DNA of 63,911 nt, counting the filler, from Nitrospirae bacterium CG2_30_53_67 (GTDB taxonomy: Bacteria > CG2-30-53-67), in NCBI GenBank assembly GCA_001873285.1. It is 6 parts of 6 records of this genome, joined end to end, with 100 filler letters (N's around TTAATTAATTAA, not from the genome) between each part and the next. Parts side by side here need not be neighbours in the genome. Positions count along the whole stretch, not along the records: positions 34,243 to 55,557 come from MNYV01000181.1; positions 55,658 to 60,291 come from MNYV01000179.1; 4 more parts are not named here. One strand, written 5' to 3'. Each line of letters begins with the position of its first letter. The stretch's first letter is position 1. Positions 48,783 to 58,801 of the stretch are shown piece by piece. The notes beneath the pieces were generated by a model. The model saw only the letters and a list, made by a program, of their open reading frames with translations, ran no database searches and was not told the DNA's origin. Both the position numbers and the translations under genes were made by a program.

Positions 48783-48925
48783 ATCATGATCTTTTCAAAC
48801 CGGGCCTTGGTCTTGTTGTAGACCCAGAGGTTCCAGACTCCGGAGGGGAAGCGGTGGTTGGCCCGGTCGCCGGTCTGCGTGCCGTCATGGCAGTTCCCGA
48901 TGACATGAATCTCATTGGATGATCG

Positions 48926-49711
48926 TTACAGCTTCGGCCCGCCTTCGGAAGTTAAACTCTTGTGAAAATTTTTAGCAAAATTCATGACGAAATGGAGACT
49001 TTTTTGCACTTCGGGGTCCCGGGCGGTTTTAAGAAGTCCTATAATCCCTTTCTTGTAAGGCTCTTCCTTCATGTCTGACATGGTCTCCTGAACACCTTCC
49101 ACCATGGCTCCGATCAGTTCCTGTACCTGCGGATTCATGATCCTGCTTACGAAGTTTTCAAACATGGAAAGCATTCGTTCCACAATGCTGTCTGTAAAGG
49201 CATGGGTGGCGGAACCCATGAAGGTGGCCATCTGGGTGAGAATCTCAAGGCTTCCGGAGTTGATCAGTTCCTGAAGCGCCGGCATGACCCGGATGACGTC
49301 GGCTTTTACAACCTCGTCACCGATCTCGATCAGTTTTCCCATAGTGTCCGAGGACCGCTCAAGAAGGGTGTCGGTCATGGAATTCTTGGCCGCTGCGGCA
49401 AAGGAGGCCATCTGGGTCAGGGCGTCCAATGCCCCGCTGCTGTGGAGTTCGGTGATCTTGGAAATGGAGGTCCTGATCGCATCAAAGACCTCGGGCTTGG
49501 CGATTTCACTGGCCAGCGCACCGATCGGCTCCAGGATGGAGGCCATCCGTTCGATCATGGGATCGGTCTGGGAGTCCTGATAGGCCCCGATGGTCCTGGT
49601 GACTTCGCTTAGAGTAGCGGCCTGTCCCAGAAGTTCCTGAACATGGGAAGAGATTTCAGGACGTTCCAGATGTTCCATGAGCGCATTGATGTTCCCGTTT
49701 GTTTTGATCAT
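48926..49711 (-). CDS. DUF1641-family protein (Sqr-associated)
   Basis: Repeated SG.L..L.Q.A.F.....TD..ER units; C-terminal GIIGLLKTARDPEVQKSL. Confidence 0.75.
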   Translation of the reverse strand: MIKTNGNINALMEHLERPEISSHVQELLGQAATLSEVTRTIGAYQDSQTDPMIERMASILEPIGALASEIAKPEVFDAIRTSISKITELHSSGALDALTQMASFAAAAKNSMTDTLLERSSDTMGKLIEIGDEVVKADVIRVMPALQELINSGSLEILTQMATFMGSATHAFTDSIVERMLSMFENFVSRIMNPQVQELIGAMVEGVQETMSDMKEEPYKKGIIGLLKTARDPEVQKSLHFVMNFAKNFHKSLTSEGGPKL

Positions 49712-49725
49712 CCTGTTCCCTCCTT

Positions 49726-50865
49726 TTAAAGAATGCCTCGGGCGCTCAGCCAGTAGAGCCGGTTATAGGCCAGCTTGAACCAGTGGATCATCTGTGAGGG
49801 TTCGCCTGGATTGGGGGGGGTATTGTAGTTGAACCAGACATAGGTTCCTTTTTCCATGCCGCTTTCCACGAAGCAGAATACCTTGCCGTCGTATTCCCGG
49901 CCAGGGCACCCTTCCTTGATCTGGCAGATCAGGGATTCAGCCACCGTATCCGCTTCGAAGTGGGCTGTGGATCCGGCCTTGCTGATCGGGATGTTGGTGG
50001 TGTCACCGACGACGAAGATGTTTTCCTTCCCATCCATCTGCAGGCTCTTTTTGTTGGTGGGGATCCACCCTGATGGTCCGAGGTTGGATTCCTCTATGAC
50101 CGGCTGGCCCTTGTGCGGCGGTACGGCAATCAGGAGATCATAATCTACAACCGAACCTTCCTCGCTCTCGATCTGCTTCTTTACCGGGTCGATCTTTTTC
50201 ATGTTGAAGAAGGTTTCATACTTGATTCCACGCTGTTCAAAGGCCTTGACCGCCCAATGGGCGACCGGCTCCATGGCATGCACCCGGCCGATGGGATACG
50301 TATAATAGATCTCGTACTTGTTCTTCAGTCCGTTTTGGGAGAAGAGGTCATCGAGCATGAAGGTCATCTCCAACGGGGCCACGGGGCACTTGTGAGGAAC
50401 GCCCACGGCTATGACAATTCTCCCGCCCTGGAAGGCCTTGAGGGCGGTACGCAGCTTCTTGGCTCCTTCAAGATCATAGAACCAGTGGGCCCCCTCTTTC
50501 ATGCCCGGGATCTCTTCGGGAACGATCCGGGATCCGGTGGCGATGACCAGATAATCATAAGGATATGCCTTGCCGCTTTTTGCCAGGACTGTTTGTTTCT
50601 TCGTGTCGATCTTCACTGCGGGGTCGACATAGAAGTTGATGAGCGGATCCAGCAGGCTTTTTTGATCCCGGATGAACTCTTCATCCTGCATCCTGCCGAA
50701 GGCTACGTAGAGAAAAGCCGGCTGGTAGACGTGCTTGTCCGATGCGCTCAGCATGTTGACGGTGACATCGCCCCGCCTCATCTCCGTCCTGAGGCCGCGC
50801 GCGACAAGGTTGGCGACGATGGTTCCTCCTGTTCCTCCTCCCAAGATCAAGATTCTTTTTCCCAT
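49726..50865 (-). CDS. Sulfide:quinone oxidoreductase-like flavoprotein (short, type III-like)
   Basis: GGGTGG, YQP, ATGS, HKCPVAPLE, VGD, SKAGS.AH, YDGKVFCF. Confidence 0.85.
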   Translation of the reverse strand: MGKRILILGGGTGGTIVANLVARGLRTEMRRGDVTVNMLSASDKHVYQPAFLYVAFGRMQDEEFIRDQKSLLDPLINFYVDPAVKIDTKKQTVLAKSGKAYPYDYLVIATGSRIVPEEIPGMKEGAHWFYDLEGAKKLRTALKAFQGGRIVIAVGVPHKCPVAPLEMTFMLDDLFSQNGLKNKYEIYYTYPIGRVHAMEPVAHWAVKAFEQRGIKYETFFNMKKIDPVKKQIESEEGSVVDYDLLIAVPPHKGQPVIEESNLGPSGWIPTNKKSLQMDGKENIFVVGDTTNIPISKAGSTAHFEADTVAESLICQIKEGCPGREYDGKVFCFVESGMEKGTYVWFNYNTPPNPGEPSQMIHWFKLAYNRLYWLSARGIL

Positions 50866-51079
50866 GATGCACCTCTCATTTGTCTGTTATCCATCCCTGC
50901 CCGGGATGTGCCCGGAGAGCAGGTCAAAAATATCCCACTTTCCCACCCTGATAAGCGCCAGGGGCTGGATCCATGCCTTGATCCATGTTTTGGTGATGCG
51001 AATGCCTACTGCAAAGCAGACCGAATCCGGTTCGGTGGTTTATTCTCTCAGGCCTGATCCCCTCGGCCTTCAAGAATGG

Positions 51080-51307
51080 TTATTTAATCTTTTTAACCAC
51101 GATGCTCCAGCAGCCGTCTATTTCACGGGTGCCGATGTGCACCTGCCCGGTTCTTGAGGCCCAGTAAGGAATCTCCTTCTTGGAGCCCGGGTCTGAGGAA
51201 AGGACCTCAATCACGGTTCCGACCGGTTCGTTCTTCATGGTAAAGATCAGTTCCATGAGCGGCCCCGGACAGTAGGACCCCCGTGCATCCAGGGTCTTGT
51301 GAACCAT
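51080..51307 (-). CDS. TusA family sulfur carrier (paralog 2); alternative start at 51412
   Basis: LDARGSYCPGPLMEL. Confidence 0.85.
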   Translation of the reverse strand: MVHKTLDARGSYCPGPLMELIFTMKNEPVGTVIEVLSSDPGSKKEIPYWASRTGQVHIGTREIDGCWSIVVKKIK

Positions 51308-51458
51308 GATCTCAGCCTGGTTTCTACGGTCCTCTCTGCTTCTGCGGTCCGTAACGCACCAAGGTCTCTGATAATCATTTTTATTAATTTTATAAAGGGT
51401 CTGTTCCAACATAAAACTTTCTCACTTTACGGGTCCATACGGAATGGACGGGCGCTGA

Positions 51459-51698
51459 TTATTTGTTTTTCTTGACCACGATGCTCCAGAAACCATCATT
51501 CTGTTCGGTCCCAATGTACTCGTGTCCGACCTTCCTGATCCATTCCGGGATATCCTTTGCAGACCCGTTGTCTGAAGAAAGAACCTCGATGACCGATCCG
51601 ACCGGTTCCGTCTTCATGCTGCCGATCAGTTCCATCAGGGGGCCGGGGCAGAAGGCGCCTCTTGCATCAATGGTTTTGGATATTCTGAGATCCAGCAT
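51459..51698 (-). CDS. TusA family sulfur carrier (paralog 1)
   Basis: IDARGAFCPGPLMEL. Confidence 0.9.
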   Translation of the reverse strand: MLDLRISKTIDARGAFCPGPLMELIGSMKTEPVGSVIEVLSSDNGSAKDIPEWIRKVGHEYIGTEQNDGFWSIVVKKNK

Positions 51699-51726
51699 GT
51701 TTTTCCCTCCTTATATATATGGTAGA

Positions 51727-52131
51727 TTACAAATGAAGCAGTTGACTTCCATCCGCTTCGATCAAAAACTTGGTCATGCCTGCAACCTCGTCAAACAGAT
51801 TGTCTTCCAGATCGTCTTTGGTCCATCCGAGGACTTCCATGGCCATGGGGCAGGCGAACATCCTGACGCCGCCGAATTCTTTTCCCTGCCGGAAGAGATC
51901 CAGATAAGGCGGAACCTTTTTCTCACGAAGGACCTTTGAGAAATCGCCGCCGGAAAATTTTTCATCGTCCGAGATTCCCTTCTTGAATTTTTTGATCGCT
52001 CCCATGGATACAAAAACCAGAACCTCGATTCCAGTCACGGCAGCCACTGAACTGATCATCCCTGCCAATTGAACCTTTTCATGATGATCCGAGGATAAAA
52101 TGATCGAGATCTTTTTGGTCTCTTGCGCCAT
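51727..52131 (-). CDS. DsrE-family (DsrE2-like) sulfurtransferase
   Basis: ISIILSS, VFVSM, FACPMAM, AGMTKFL. Confidence 0.8.
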   Translation of the reverse strand: MAQETKKISIILSSDHHEKVQLAGMISSVAAVTGIEVLVFVSMGAIKKFKKGISDDEKFSGGDFSKVLREKKVPPYLDLFRQGKEFGGVRMFACPMAMEVLGWTKDDLEDNLFDEVAGMTKFLIEADGSQLLHL

Positions 52132-52176
52132 AATTTCTCTCCTAACCGATTCAATGTTTTAATGATTATTTTTTAT

Positions 52177-52193
52177 AGCAATAAACATGCCAA
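52177..52193 (-). promoter_or_regulatory. Sigma54 -24/-12 promoter of the dsrE-tusA-sqr operon
   Basis: Minus strand TTGGCATGTTTATTGCT, against consensus TGGCACG-N4-TTGC; about 46 nt before the ATG. Confidence 0.8.
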
Positions 52194-52291
52194 TTTAAGT
52201 ATTTCCTTGATTCAATATAGTAACGCATTGAAAAATAAAGATAATATGGAACTTGGGTGTAATATCAAAAATGAGAAGCATTGAAAAATAT

Positions 52292-52308
52292 TGTGACAAA
52301 ATGTCTCA
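52292..52308. promoter_or_regulatory. Putative upstream activator site for an enhancer-binding protein
   Basis: Near-palindrome TGTGACA-AAA-TGTCTCA about 100 bp upstream of the -24 box, in an AT-rich spacer. Confidence 0.5.
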
Positions 52309-52607
52309 TCATTTTTGATTGGAAATTCATAGAAATAAATAAAATCAAAGTGATATGCTATAAACCGCCAAATTGGGCGGGACAGACAAAAACACTACAT
52401 ATTCTAATATTAAAAATTTTTAATTATGGTGGAGGCTTGAACATCCTTGTGATAAGCTTTACAGCCATCCTATGCAATCACCATGCTGTTCCCCGATAAA
52501 ATCATTCGAGGACAAGTTTGAAAATGCATAGCGAGCGAATATCAAACGGAGTCTACCTTACATTTCGAAGATTCCATGCAGTGTTCTGCGGGAAGCTTCA
52601 ATGACGG

Positions 52608-54425
52608 ATGCAGGCAGTGGCGGCGCTCTCATTAACAGGAAAACGTTGGCTGATCCGGGAACCGGATGAGGGGAAGACGAGGGAACTCTCCGAGGCCCTC
52701 GGAATCGATCCGGTCATTGCAGGTATCTTGTTTCTGCGCGGAATCCGCACAAGAGAGCAAGGTGAGATCTTTCTTAAGGGAAGCCTCAGACAACTCAACA
52801 ATCCATCGGACATCCCCGGTATCATTCCGGCGGCAGACCGGATCATAGAAGCCCTCAGGAATCATGAGAAGATATGCATCTACGGGGATTATGATGTGGA
52901 CGGCGTCACAGCCGCCGCCCTGATGTTTCTCCTTCTTGCGCGCTTCGGCGCGGATGTCTCTTATTTTGTCCCGAACCGGATGAAACATGGATACGGTCTT
53001 CACGCAGAGGCCGTCCGGGAGATCAGAAACGCGGGCGCCGATCTTCTGATCACGGTGGACAACGGCATCTCTGCCAATGATGAGGTCGCCCTTGCACGCT
53101 CCTTGGGCATGGAAGTCATCATCACCGACCACCATGAACCCACGATTAAATTGCCGGAGACGAAGTTTATCATCAACCCAAAAGTATCCGGAAGACCGGC
53201 TGTCGAGGATTCATCATCCGCTTCGACGGGTTCCTCTTCTCATCCATGGAGCTTATCGGGAACGGCAGGATCCGACTTCACCAATCTTGCAGGTGTGGGG
53301 CTGGCTTTTGCCCTCATGGTTGCGTTGCGTGCCCGGCTTCGGCAGGGCCCCCTTGCCCGTGAGATCGTCCTGCCGAACCTCAGCGATTACCTTGACCTTG
53401 TGGCCATCGGAACCATCGGGGATGTGGCCCCCCTGACAGGCGAGAACCGGATCCTGGTCAGACACGGTCTTGAAAAGATTGCCCGGAGCAAAAACAAGGG
53501 GATTCGTGCCCTGATGCGCGTCTCCGGGTTGAACGGCTCCATGGTGACTCCGGGCCAGGTCGGGTTTGTCCTGGCCCCGAGGATCAACGCGGCAGGGCGC
53601 ATCGGAGACGCCGGGACCGCTATGAAACTCTTGACCTCTTCAGACGAAAAGGAAGCGGAAGCCGCGGCCCTGATCCTGAATCAGGAGAACATCAAGAGAC
53701 AGGAGATCGAGAAAGAGATCTGGGATTCGGCGCTCCCGAGGATAGAGGGGGAGGGGAGATCCGACAAGGTGATCGTACTCCATGACGAGGATTGGCATGC
53801 CGGTGTCATCGGCATCGTGGCTTCGCGTATCGTAGAGCGGTTTTACCGGCCGACCATCCTGATTACCATGAAGAACGGGAGAGGCACTGGATCGGGGCGA
53901 AGCATTCCCGGATTTTCCCTGTACAAGGCCTTGGATGCATGCCGGGAGGACCTTTCGGGATTCGGCGGCCACAGCCTCGCCGCAGGGCTGACCATGGACT
54001 GGGAGCGTATTCAAGGATTCAGAGAGAGAATCAATCGGTATGCAGAAGACCATTTGAAGGAAGAGGATCTGATCCCGACGATCAAAGTGGATGCGATCTG
54101 TGATCCGGATCATATATCAGACGGCCTGCTCCAGGGTCTTTCGAGGCTGAAACCTTTTGGTATGGGGAATCCCGAACCGATCTTTGTTTCACGGAACGTG
54201 CGGATCAACGACCTCCGGCTGGTGGGAGAGGAGCACCTGAGGTTCCGGATCCCGTCCCGGCAGGGGACCATGACCGTCATCGGATTCAGGATGAAGGATC
54301 TTTTGGATTCCATGAGCTCCGAGCCGCCTGTGGATCTCCTTTATCATCTCCGATACAATGACTACAATGGGACCCGCTCCATCCAGGCCGTGCTGGTGGA
54401 TGTGATGCCGTCACGGAACTCGTGA
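52608..54425 (+). CDS. recJ: ssDNA exonuclease RecJ
   Basis: YGDYDVDG, TVDNG, TDHH, PRINAAGR, GSGRS, GGH, PFGMGN. Confidence 0.96.
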   Translation: MQAVAALSLTGKRWLIREPDEGKTRELSEALGIDPVIAGILFLRGIRTREQGEIFLKGSLRQLNNPSDIPGIIPAADRIIEALRNHEKICIYGDYDVDGVTAAALMFLLLARFGADVSYFVPNRMKHGYGLHAEAVREIRNAGADLLITVDNGISANDEVALARSLGMEVIITDHHEPTIKLPETKFIINPKVSGRPAVEDSSSASTGSSSHPWSLSGTAGSDFTNLAGVGLAFALMVALRARLRQGPLAREIVLPNLSDYLDLVAIGTIGDVAPLTGENRILVRHGLEKIARSKNKGIRALMRVSGLNGSMVTPGQVGFVLAPRINAAGRIGDAGTAMKLLTSSDEKEAEAAALILNQENIKRQEIEKEIWDSALPRIEGEGRSDKVIVLHDEDWHAGVIGIVASRIVERFYRPTILITMKNGRGTGSGRSIPGFSLYKALDACREDLSGFGGHSLAAGLTMDWERIQGFRERINRYAEDHLKEEDLIPTIKVDAICDPDHISDGLLQGLSRLKPFGMGNPEPIFVSRNVRINDLRLVGEEHLRFRIPSRQGTMTVIGFRMKDLLDSMSSEPPVDLLYHLRYNDYNGTRSIQAVLVDVMPSRNS

Positions 54426-54712
54426 CCGGCTTCCGGATTGTGGGGAGACCATGCCAAAGAGAGCAGACCCCAATACAAATCAGCACGCCCCCGTTAGAAA
54501 CTCAGTTTATAACGGGGTCCTCTGAATGGATGGGGATGGATGTGATAAAATCGTCGAATATTTCACTGGGACACAGTGGAATAGAGGTCGGCTGTCATTC
54601 GCAGATAGTATGCTCGAGAGGTTTTTTGAGAGATTCGTTTCAATGTGAAAGTGTCTCCCATAATTTACGGTTCAAGGCCTGACACGTTGGCAGTTCAGAA
54701 GAGACAGCGAAC

Positions 54713-55525
54713 ATGCCCGGGAATGAAGCCAAACCAATCCGTCTCTTGGACTATCTGACAAGACTCGCTTCTTTGCGTGCGAAGATTGTTAGAGATGTGG
54801 TCGAGTATTTTCAGATACTTTGGATACACGAGATTCCAAGAGAGAAAGGCTGTTTCGCTCAGGCTTGGGGGCCGGATGAAGAGTACGATCAGGATGTTTG
54901 GGTTGAGGTTCAGACATCCCATGAACCGGAACTCCCGATCTCCCCTGAAATCTGTTGCGATTGGATAGATAGAAATACCATTCGAAACACCAAAGACCTG
55001 CCTGATCTCCTGAGCACGATTACAATACAAGTGAAAAATCCTGAATGGAAGGAAGGATCAGATCAGCCCCAGATCATAAATCAAACAGTTAGTCTGGACG
55101 ACCACCCCGAAGTGGCAGAAGCCTGGGAAAAGTATGTTGAACAGAAATGGCTCCCGTGGGCTGAACAGCACAACAAATGGGAAAAGATCCACCGGGTTTA
55201 TTCGACTCTTTTTGCCATACATCAGGAACAACTCAGACTCGGTGAAGAGTATGAGCTGGTTATCGGGATCGGGTTGTTGACTTGGCAGACGCCGAGCAAT
55301 CAAAGGGCCAGGCGTCATCTTATCGTTGCAAATGCTTTACTTGAATTCGAAGCCCGTTTGGGCAAGTTCACGGTCCGGCCCAATCCCGATGGCGCCAATC
55401 TGAGGCCAGAGCTGGATATGCTCGACACAAACTTCAAGTTTTATAAACGTGTCACCGACGACCCAGACTTCGCTAAATTTTTCCTGGACTGGCTATTTGA
55501 AAGGTTCAGGAGGGGGTTGGGGTAG
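54713..55525 (+). pseudogene. Chimeric remnant: N-terminus of a large SF1 helicase-type protein fused to a type I restriction HsdR C-terminal tail
   Basis: LLDYL...YSTLF...EEYELVIGIGLL...RHL (N-terminus typical of long Upf1-like proteins), then DTNFKFYKRVTDDPDFAKFFLDWLFERF (HsdR-like end); no catalytic motifs. Confidence 0.55.
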
Positions 55526-55557
55526 AAAATAACGGGAATTTAAAAACTGGCCATCGC

Positions 55558-55657
55558 NNNNNNNNNNNNNNNNNNNNNNNNNNNNNNNNNNNNNNNNNNN
55601 NTTAATTAATTAANNNNNNNNNNNNNNNNNNNNNNNNNNNNNNNNNNNNNNNNNNNN
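55558..55657. other. Artificial contig linker
   Basis: N-run, TTAATTAATTAA, N-run. Confidence 0.98.
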
Positions 55658-55710
55658 CAAGGGAAAATAGCGAAGTGCAGACGACGGACGGCTGAAAATA
55701 TGGATGTGCT

Positions 55711-58188
55711 TCAGAAGTTCCGGACCTGAATCCTTTTCCCGTCTGTTTCAAGCCAGACTGCGCCATTTTGATCCGTTCTGAAGATGGTCTTCTCAGGAAA
55801 GATGTACCGATACCTGCCGAGGACGTCCGAATTGGGAAATTGAAAGGGATTGTTGCTCCCGACCTGTATCACGGCTATCTCCGGCCTGACCCGGTCTATA
55901 AAAGAGGGGCTGCTGGAATAAAGGCTTCCATGATGGGGGACCTGCAAAATCGTGCTCTTCAACTCTTCTCCTTGGTATCTTCTCAATAGGGTCTTCTCAC
56001 CGGGCGTCTCCAGATCCCCGGTGATCAGAAGACTGATTTTCCCGAAAGTCACTTTCATGACCAGTGAATCATTGTTCACATTGGAATTGGAACCACAGGT
56101 ATACCCGGCGCCTTGCTGCAGGACATCAAACAGAACCTGCCCCATGGCTATCCGCTCTCCCGCAGGGTTCAGAAAACGCCTTGGAATCCCCTGATCAGCG
56201 ATGAGTTTTCGGAAACGGCGGTATTCCTCTGAGGGGAAGACCTTCCAGGCATCCCAGACCTCTCCCACAGGGATCTCCTCCAAAATCCCGATCAGTCCGT
56301 TCAGATGGTCAGGATGGGGATGGGTCAGAACCATGAGATCAATTTTCCGTATCCCCATGGCAAGCAAGGCCGGGAGCACGACCTGCCTCCCGATGTCCTG
56401 CGAGGATAGATAGGAGCCTCCGCCGTCGATCAGAACGGTTTCCGCATTTGGAAGGATCAGCAGAACCGAAGATGCCTGCCCCACGTCCAGGAACCGGATG
56501 TGGAGATGACCGTCACCTCTTATCTGCCCTGCCCGGAACACCACCACGAAAAATAAAAGGCCCAAGACCAGGATGCACCCGATACGCCGGGCCTCCCCCA
56601 TCCTGGGAAAAATCAGAATGAGAAGCAGTAAAACATAATAGACCAGAGTCAGAACGCCGGGCGGGGGGAAGACCCAGGTTGCCGCCCAAGTCAACGACCC
56701 GAAATAATCAACCCCGCAGGCAAGCATGGAGACCCCGAAGCCCGCGAGCCTGGCCGGCCATACCGCCAGGGGAGGATAAATCATGAATGACACAAGAGTG
56801 ATCAGCGCACAAGGGACGATCCAGAAACCGGTCAGGGGAACGAACAGAAGGTTCGTTACGATCCCTGCCTCACTGACACGGTGGAACGTTTCCGCAGTCA
56901 TCGGCGACGTAGCGGCCGCGGCAACAAGGGTTACGAAGACAAGGCCGGTTATTTTCCTGATCGCTTTTCTGAGGATCTCTGAAATAACTTTTTTGTCTTT
57001 CTTCAAAGAGGATTCCTTTCCCTCTTTTTTCTCCTGGTCATGTTGATGCCTGAAAAAAAGGATCATGGCCGCAACCGAGGCAAAGGAGAGCTGGAAGTCA
57101 ATGTCGAAAAGAGACGGCGGCCGCCAGACGAGGATGACCAGGGCGGCAAGCATTAAAGTCTGCAGGAGATCTCTTTCCCGCTCCAGGACCTTGGCGGCCA
57201 GATAGGCCATAATCATGATGCAGGCACGGATCGAAGAGGCGCCCGCTCCCACAAAGATCGTATAAATCGGAAGCAGGATCAAGGTCATCATCGAAGCGAG
57301 CCGGAAGGGAATCAGCCAGAAATAGGATTTCCGGAGAATGGAAACGGGCAGAGAATAGGTGAAGATCAGCAAAAAGCACTGGTAGCAGAAGAACGAGATG
57401 AAACCCATGTGGAGCCCGGATATGGCCAGGAGATGAGCGGTCCCGGCACGGGCGAAACGGTCCTGCATCTCCCTCGATATGCCGCTTCGGTCCCCGGTGA
57501 TGAGGGCCTTGATCAGGGCGGTTGAGGGTTCAGGAAGCAGGGTCTTGAGAAAATGGTGAAAATCCTTCTTGTATCCCATGATCCTCATCATGAAGGGGTT
57601 CCCCTTCTGTTTCCCGATCACCTGTATGCCGCCGGGCGATGCCGCCCCCAGGACCCAGATCCCCTTTCTTTTTAAATGGGCGACATAATCAAAGGCGCCG
57701 GAATTTTTGTAATTCCTCGGCTTTCGAAATGTCCCTGTCACTTTCACCCTGTCTCCATAGTCGAGATCCACGCTCTTTCTCCCCTGCTGTTTGGTCGAGG
57801 AAGAGGTGTATATAGAAACATCCACCATTCCGGACGACTCCATGCCTTGGTATCGCTCTACCGCAAGAAGAAACCGAACCCGGTCTGCAAAAACTTCCGG
57901 AAAAGAAGCCACCATGCCGGTCACGGTGGATTTGTGCTGATCATCCATCCGCCGCAGGAGGTGATCTTTGGGCAGGCAGGTCATCCAGAGGGACTCTCCG
58001 AGGGCGCCGAGAAAAAAGAAAACAAAGAGCAGAAGCAGCCATTCAAATCGTTTAAACCGTTGGAACGAAATCACTGACAATAGGACCGGGACAAGGATCA
58101 CAAGAAACAGAGGCCAAGGATCCATGTGCACCGAGAGCAGGATACCGAGGATGATTGAGATCAATATGTAAAAGAGCGGCCTGTTCAT
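55711..58188 (-). CDS. comEC: DNA uptake competence protein ComEC/Rec2
   Basis: HLLAISGLH, FQLSF, LDVGQ, THPHPDH, HHGS, RTDQNG. Confidence 0.95.
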   Translation of the reverse strand: MNRPLFYILISIILGILLSVHMDPWPLFLVILVPVLLSVISFQRFKRFEWLLLLFVFFFLGALGESLWMTCLPKDHLLRRMDDQHKSTVTGMVASFPEVFADRVRFLLAVERYQGMESSGMVDVSIYTSSSTKQQGRKSVDLDYGDRVKVTGTFRKPRNYKNSGAFDYVAHLKRKGIWVLGAASPGGIQVIGKQKGNPFMMRIMGYKKDFHHFLKTLLPEPSTALIKALITGDRSGISREMQDRFARAGTAHLLAISGLHMGFISFFCYQCFLLIFTYSLPVSILRKSYFWLIPFRLASMMTLILLPIYTIFVGAGASSIRACIMIMAYLAAKVLERERDLLQTLMLAALVILVWRPPSLFDIDFQLSFASVAAMILFFRHQHDQEKKEGKESSLKKDKKVISEILRKAIRKITGLVFVTLVAAAATSPMTAETFHRVSEAGIVTNLLFVPLTGFWIVPCALITLVSFMIYPPLAVWPARLAGFGVSMLACGVDYFGSLTWAATWVFPPPGVLTLVYYVLLLLILIFPRMGEARRIGCILVLGLLFFVVVFRAGQIRGDGHLHIRFLDVGQASSVLLILPNAETVLIDGGGSYLSSQDIGRQVVLPALLAMGIRKIDLMVLTHPHPDHLNGLIGILEEIPVGEVWDAWKVFPSEEYRRFRKLIADQGIPRRFLNPAGERIAMGQVLFDVLQQGAGYTCGSNSNVNNDSLVMKVTFGKISLLITGDLETPGEKTLLRRYQGEELKSTILQVPHHGSLYSSSPSFIDRVRPEIAVIQVGSNNPFQFPNSDVLGRYRYIFPEKTIFRTDQNGAVWLETDGKRIQVRNF

Positions 58189-58721
58189 GGCTTATCCTCG
58201 TTCAGGACCGCATGTTCCATGATCTGCCGGAGCTTTTTCCTTCCGATTCCCGGAACATGCAGCAGATCCTCCTCGTCTTTGAAAGGCCCGATCTTCTCCC
58301 TGTGCCTCACGATCCGGCCGGACAGTTCAGGACCGATGCCTGGAATTTCGATCAGTTCCATGGCCGAGGAACGGTTAAGCGAAATCACCGGCTCAAAACC
58401 TGAATGGAGAGAAGGGACTCTCAGAATCGAATTCCAAAAGAGCGGAACCTTGAGATTGAGACGTCCCAAATCAGCATCCCTGGCCGGCCCGCCGGCCGTT
58501 TGAATGGCCTGCATGACCGAGCATGGCTCATCGAAGAGGTAGGTTCCCGGTCTCCGGACCTCCCCGGTCACGGAGACCGATAGGGGCCGCCGGCCTTCTT
58601 CTGCAGAATGTCGCCCAGGATCTGCGGCAGGATCATAGGAGAGGCAGCGGAAGAGCAAGACGCCGTACAGGGCCCAGCAAAGAAACCGCAAGATTTTCCT
58701 CTCGGGAAAAGAATACCTCAT
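58185..58721 (-). CDS. comEA: ComEA-like DNA-binding protein (SLBB + HhH)
   Basis: VTGEVRRPGTY, IPGIG, GPFKDEEDL..VPGIG. Confidence 0.85.
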   Translation of the reverse strand: MRYSFPERKILRFLCWALYGVLLFRCLSYDPAADPGRHSAEEGRRPLSVSVTGEVRRPGTYLFDEPCSVMQAIQTAGGPARDADLGRLNLKVPLFWNSILRVPSLHSGFEPVISLNRSSAMELIEIPGIGPELSGRIVRHREKIGPFKDEEDLLHVPGIGRKKLRQIMEHAVLNEDKP

Positions 58722-58801
58722 GGAAGACCCATATTTTTTTGATGTTTTTCAGGAGGGGATTCAGGCGGGATCCGGTCTGCATGGCAGACATCAAGAAAAG
58801 T

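Noticed and set aside
52281..52499. 72-aa ORF in the AT-rich spacer
   Set aside because: It overlaps the putative sigma54 activator site and has non-coding composition.
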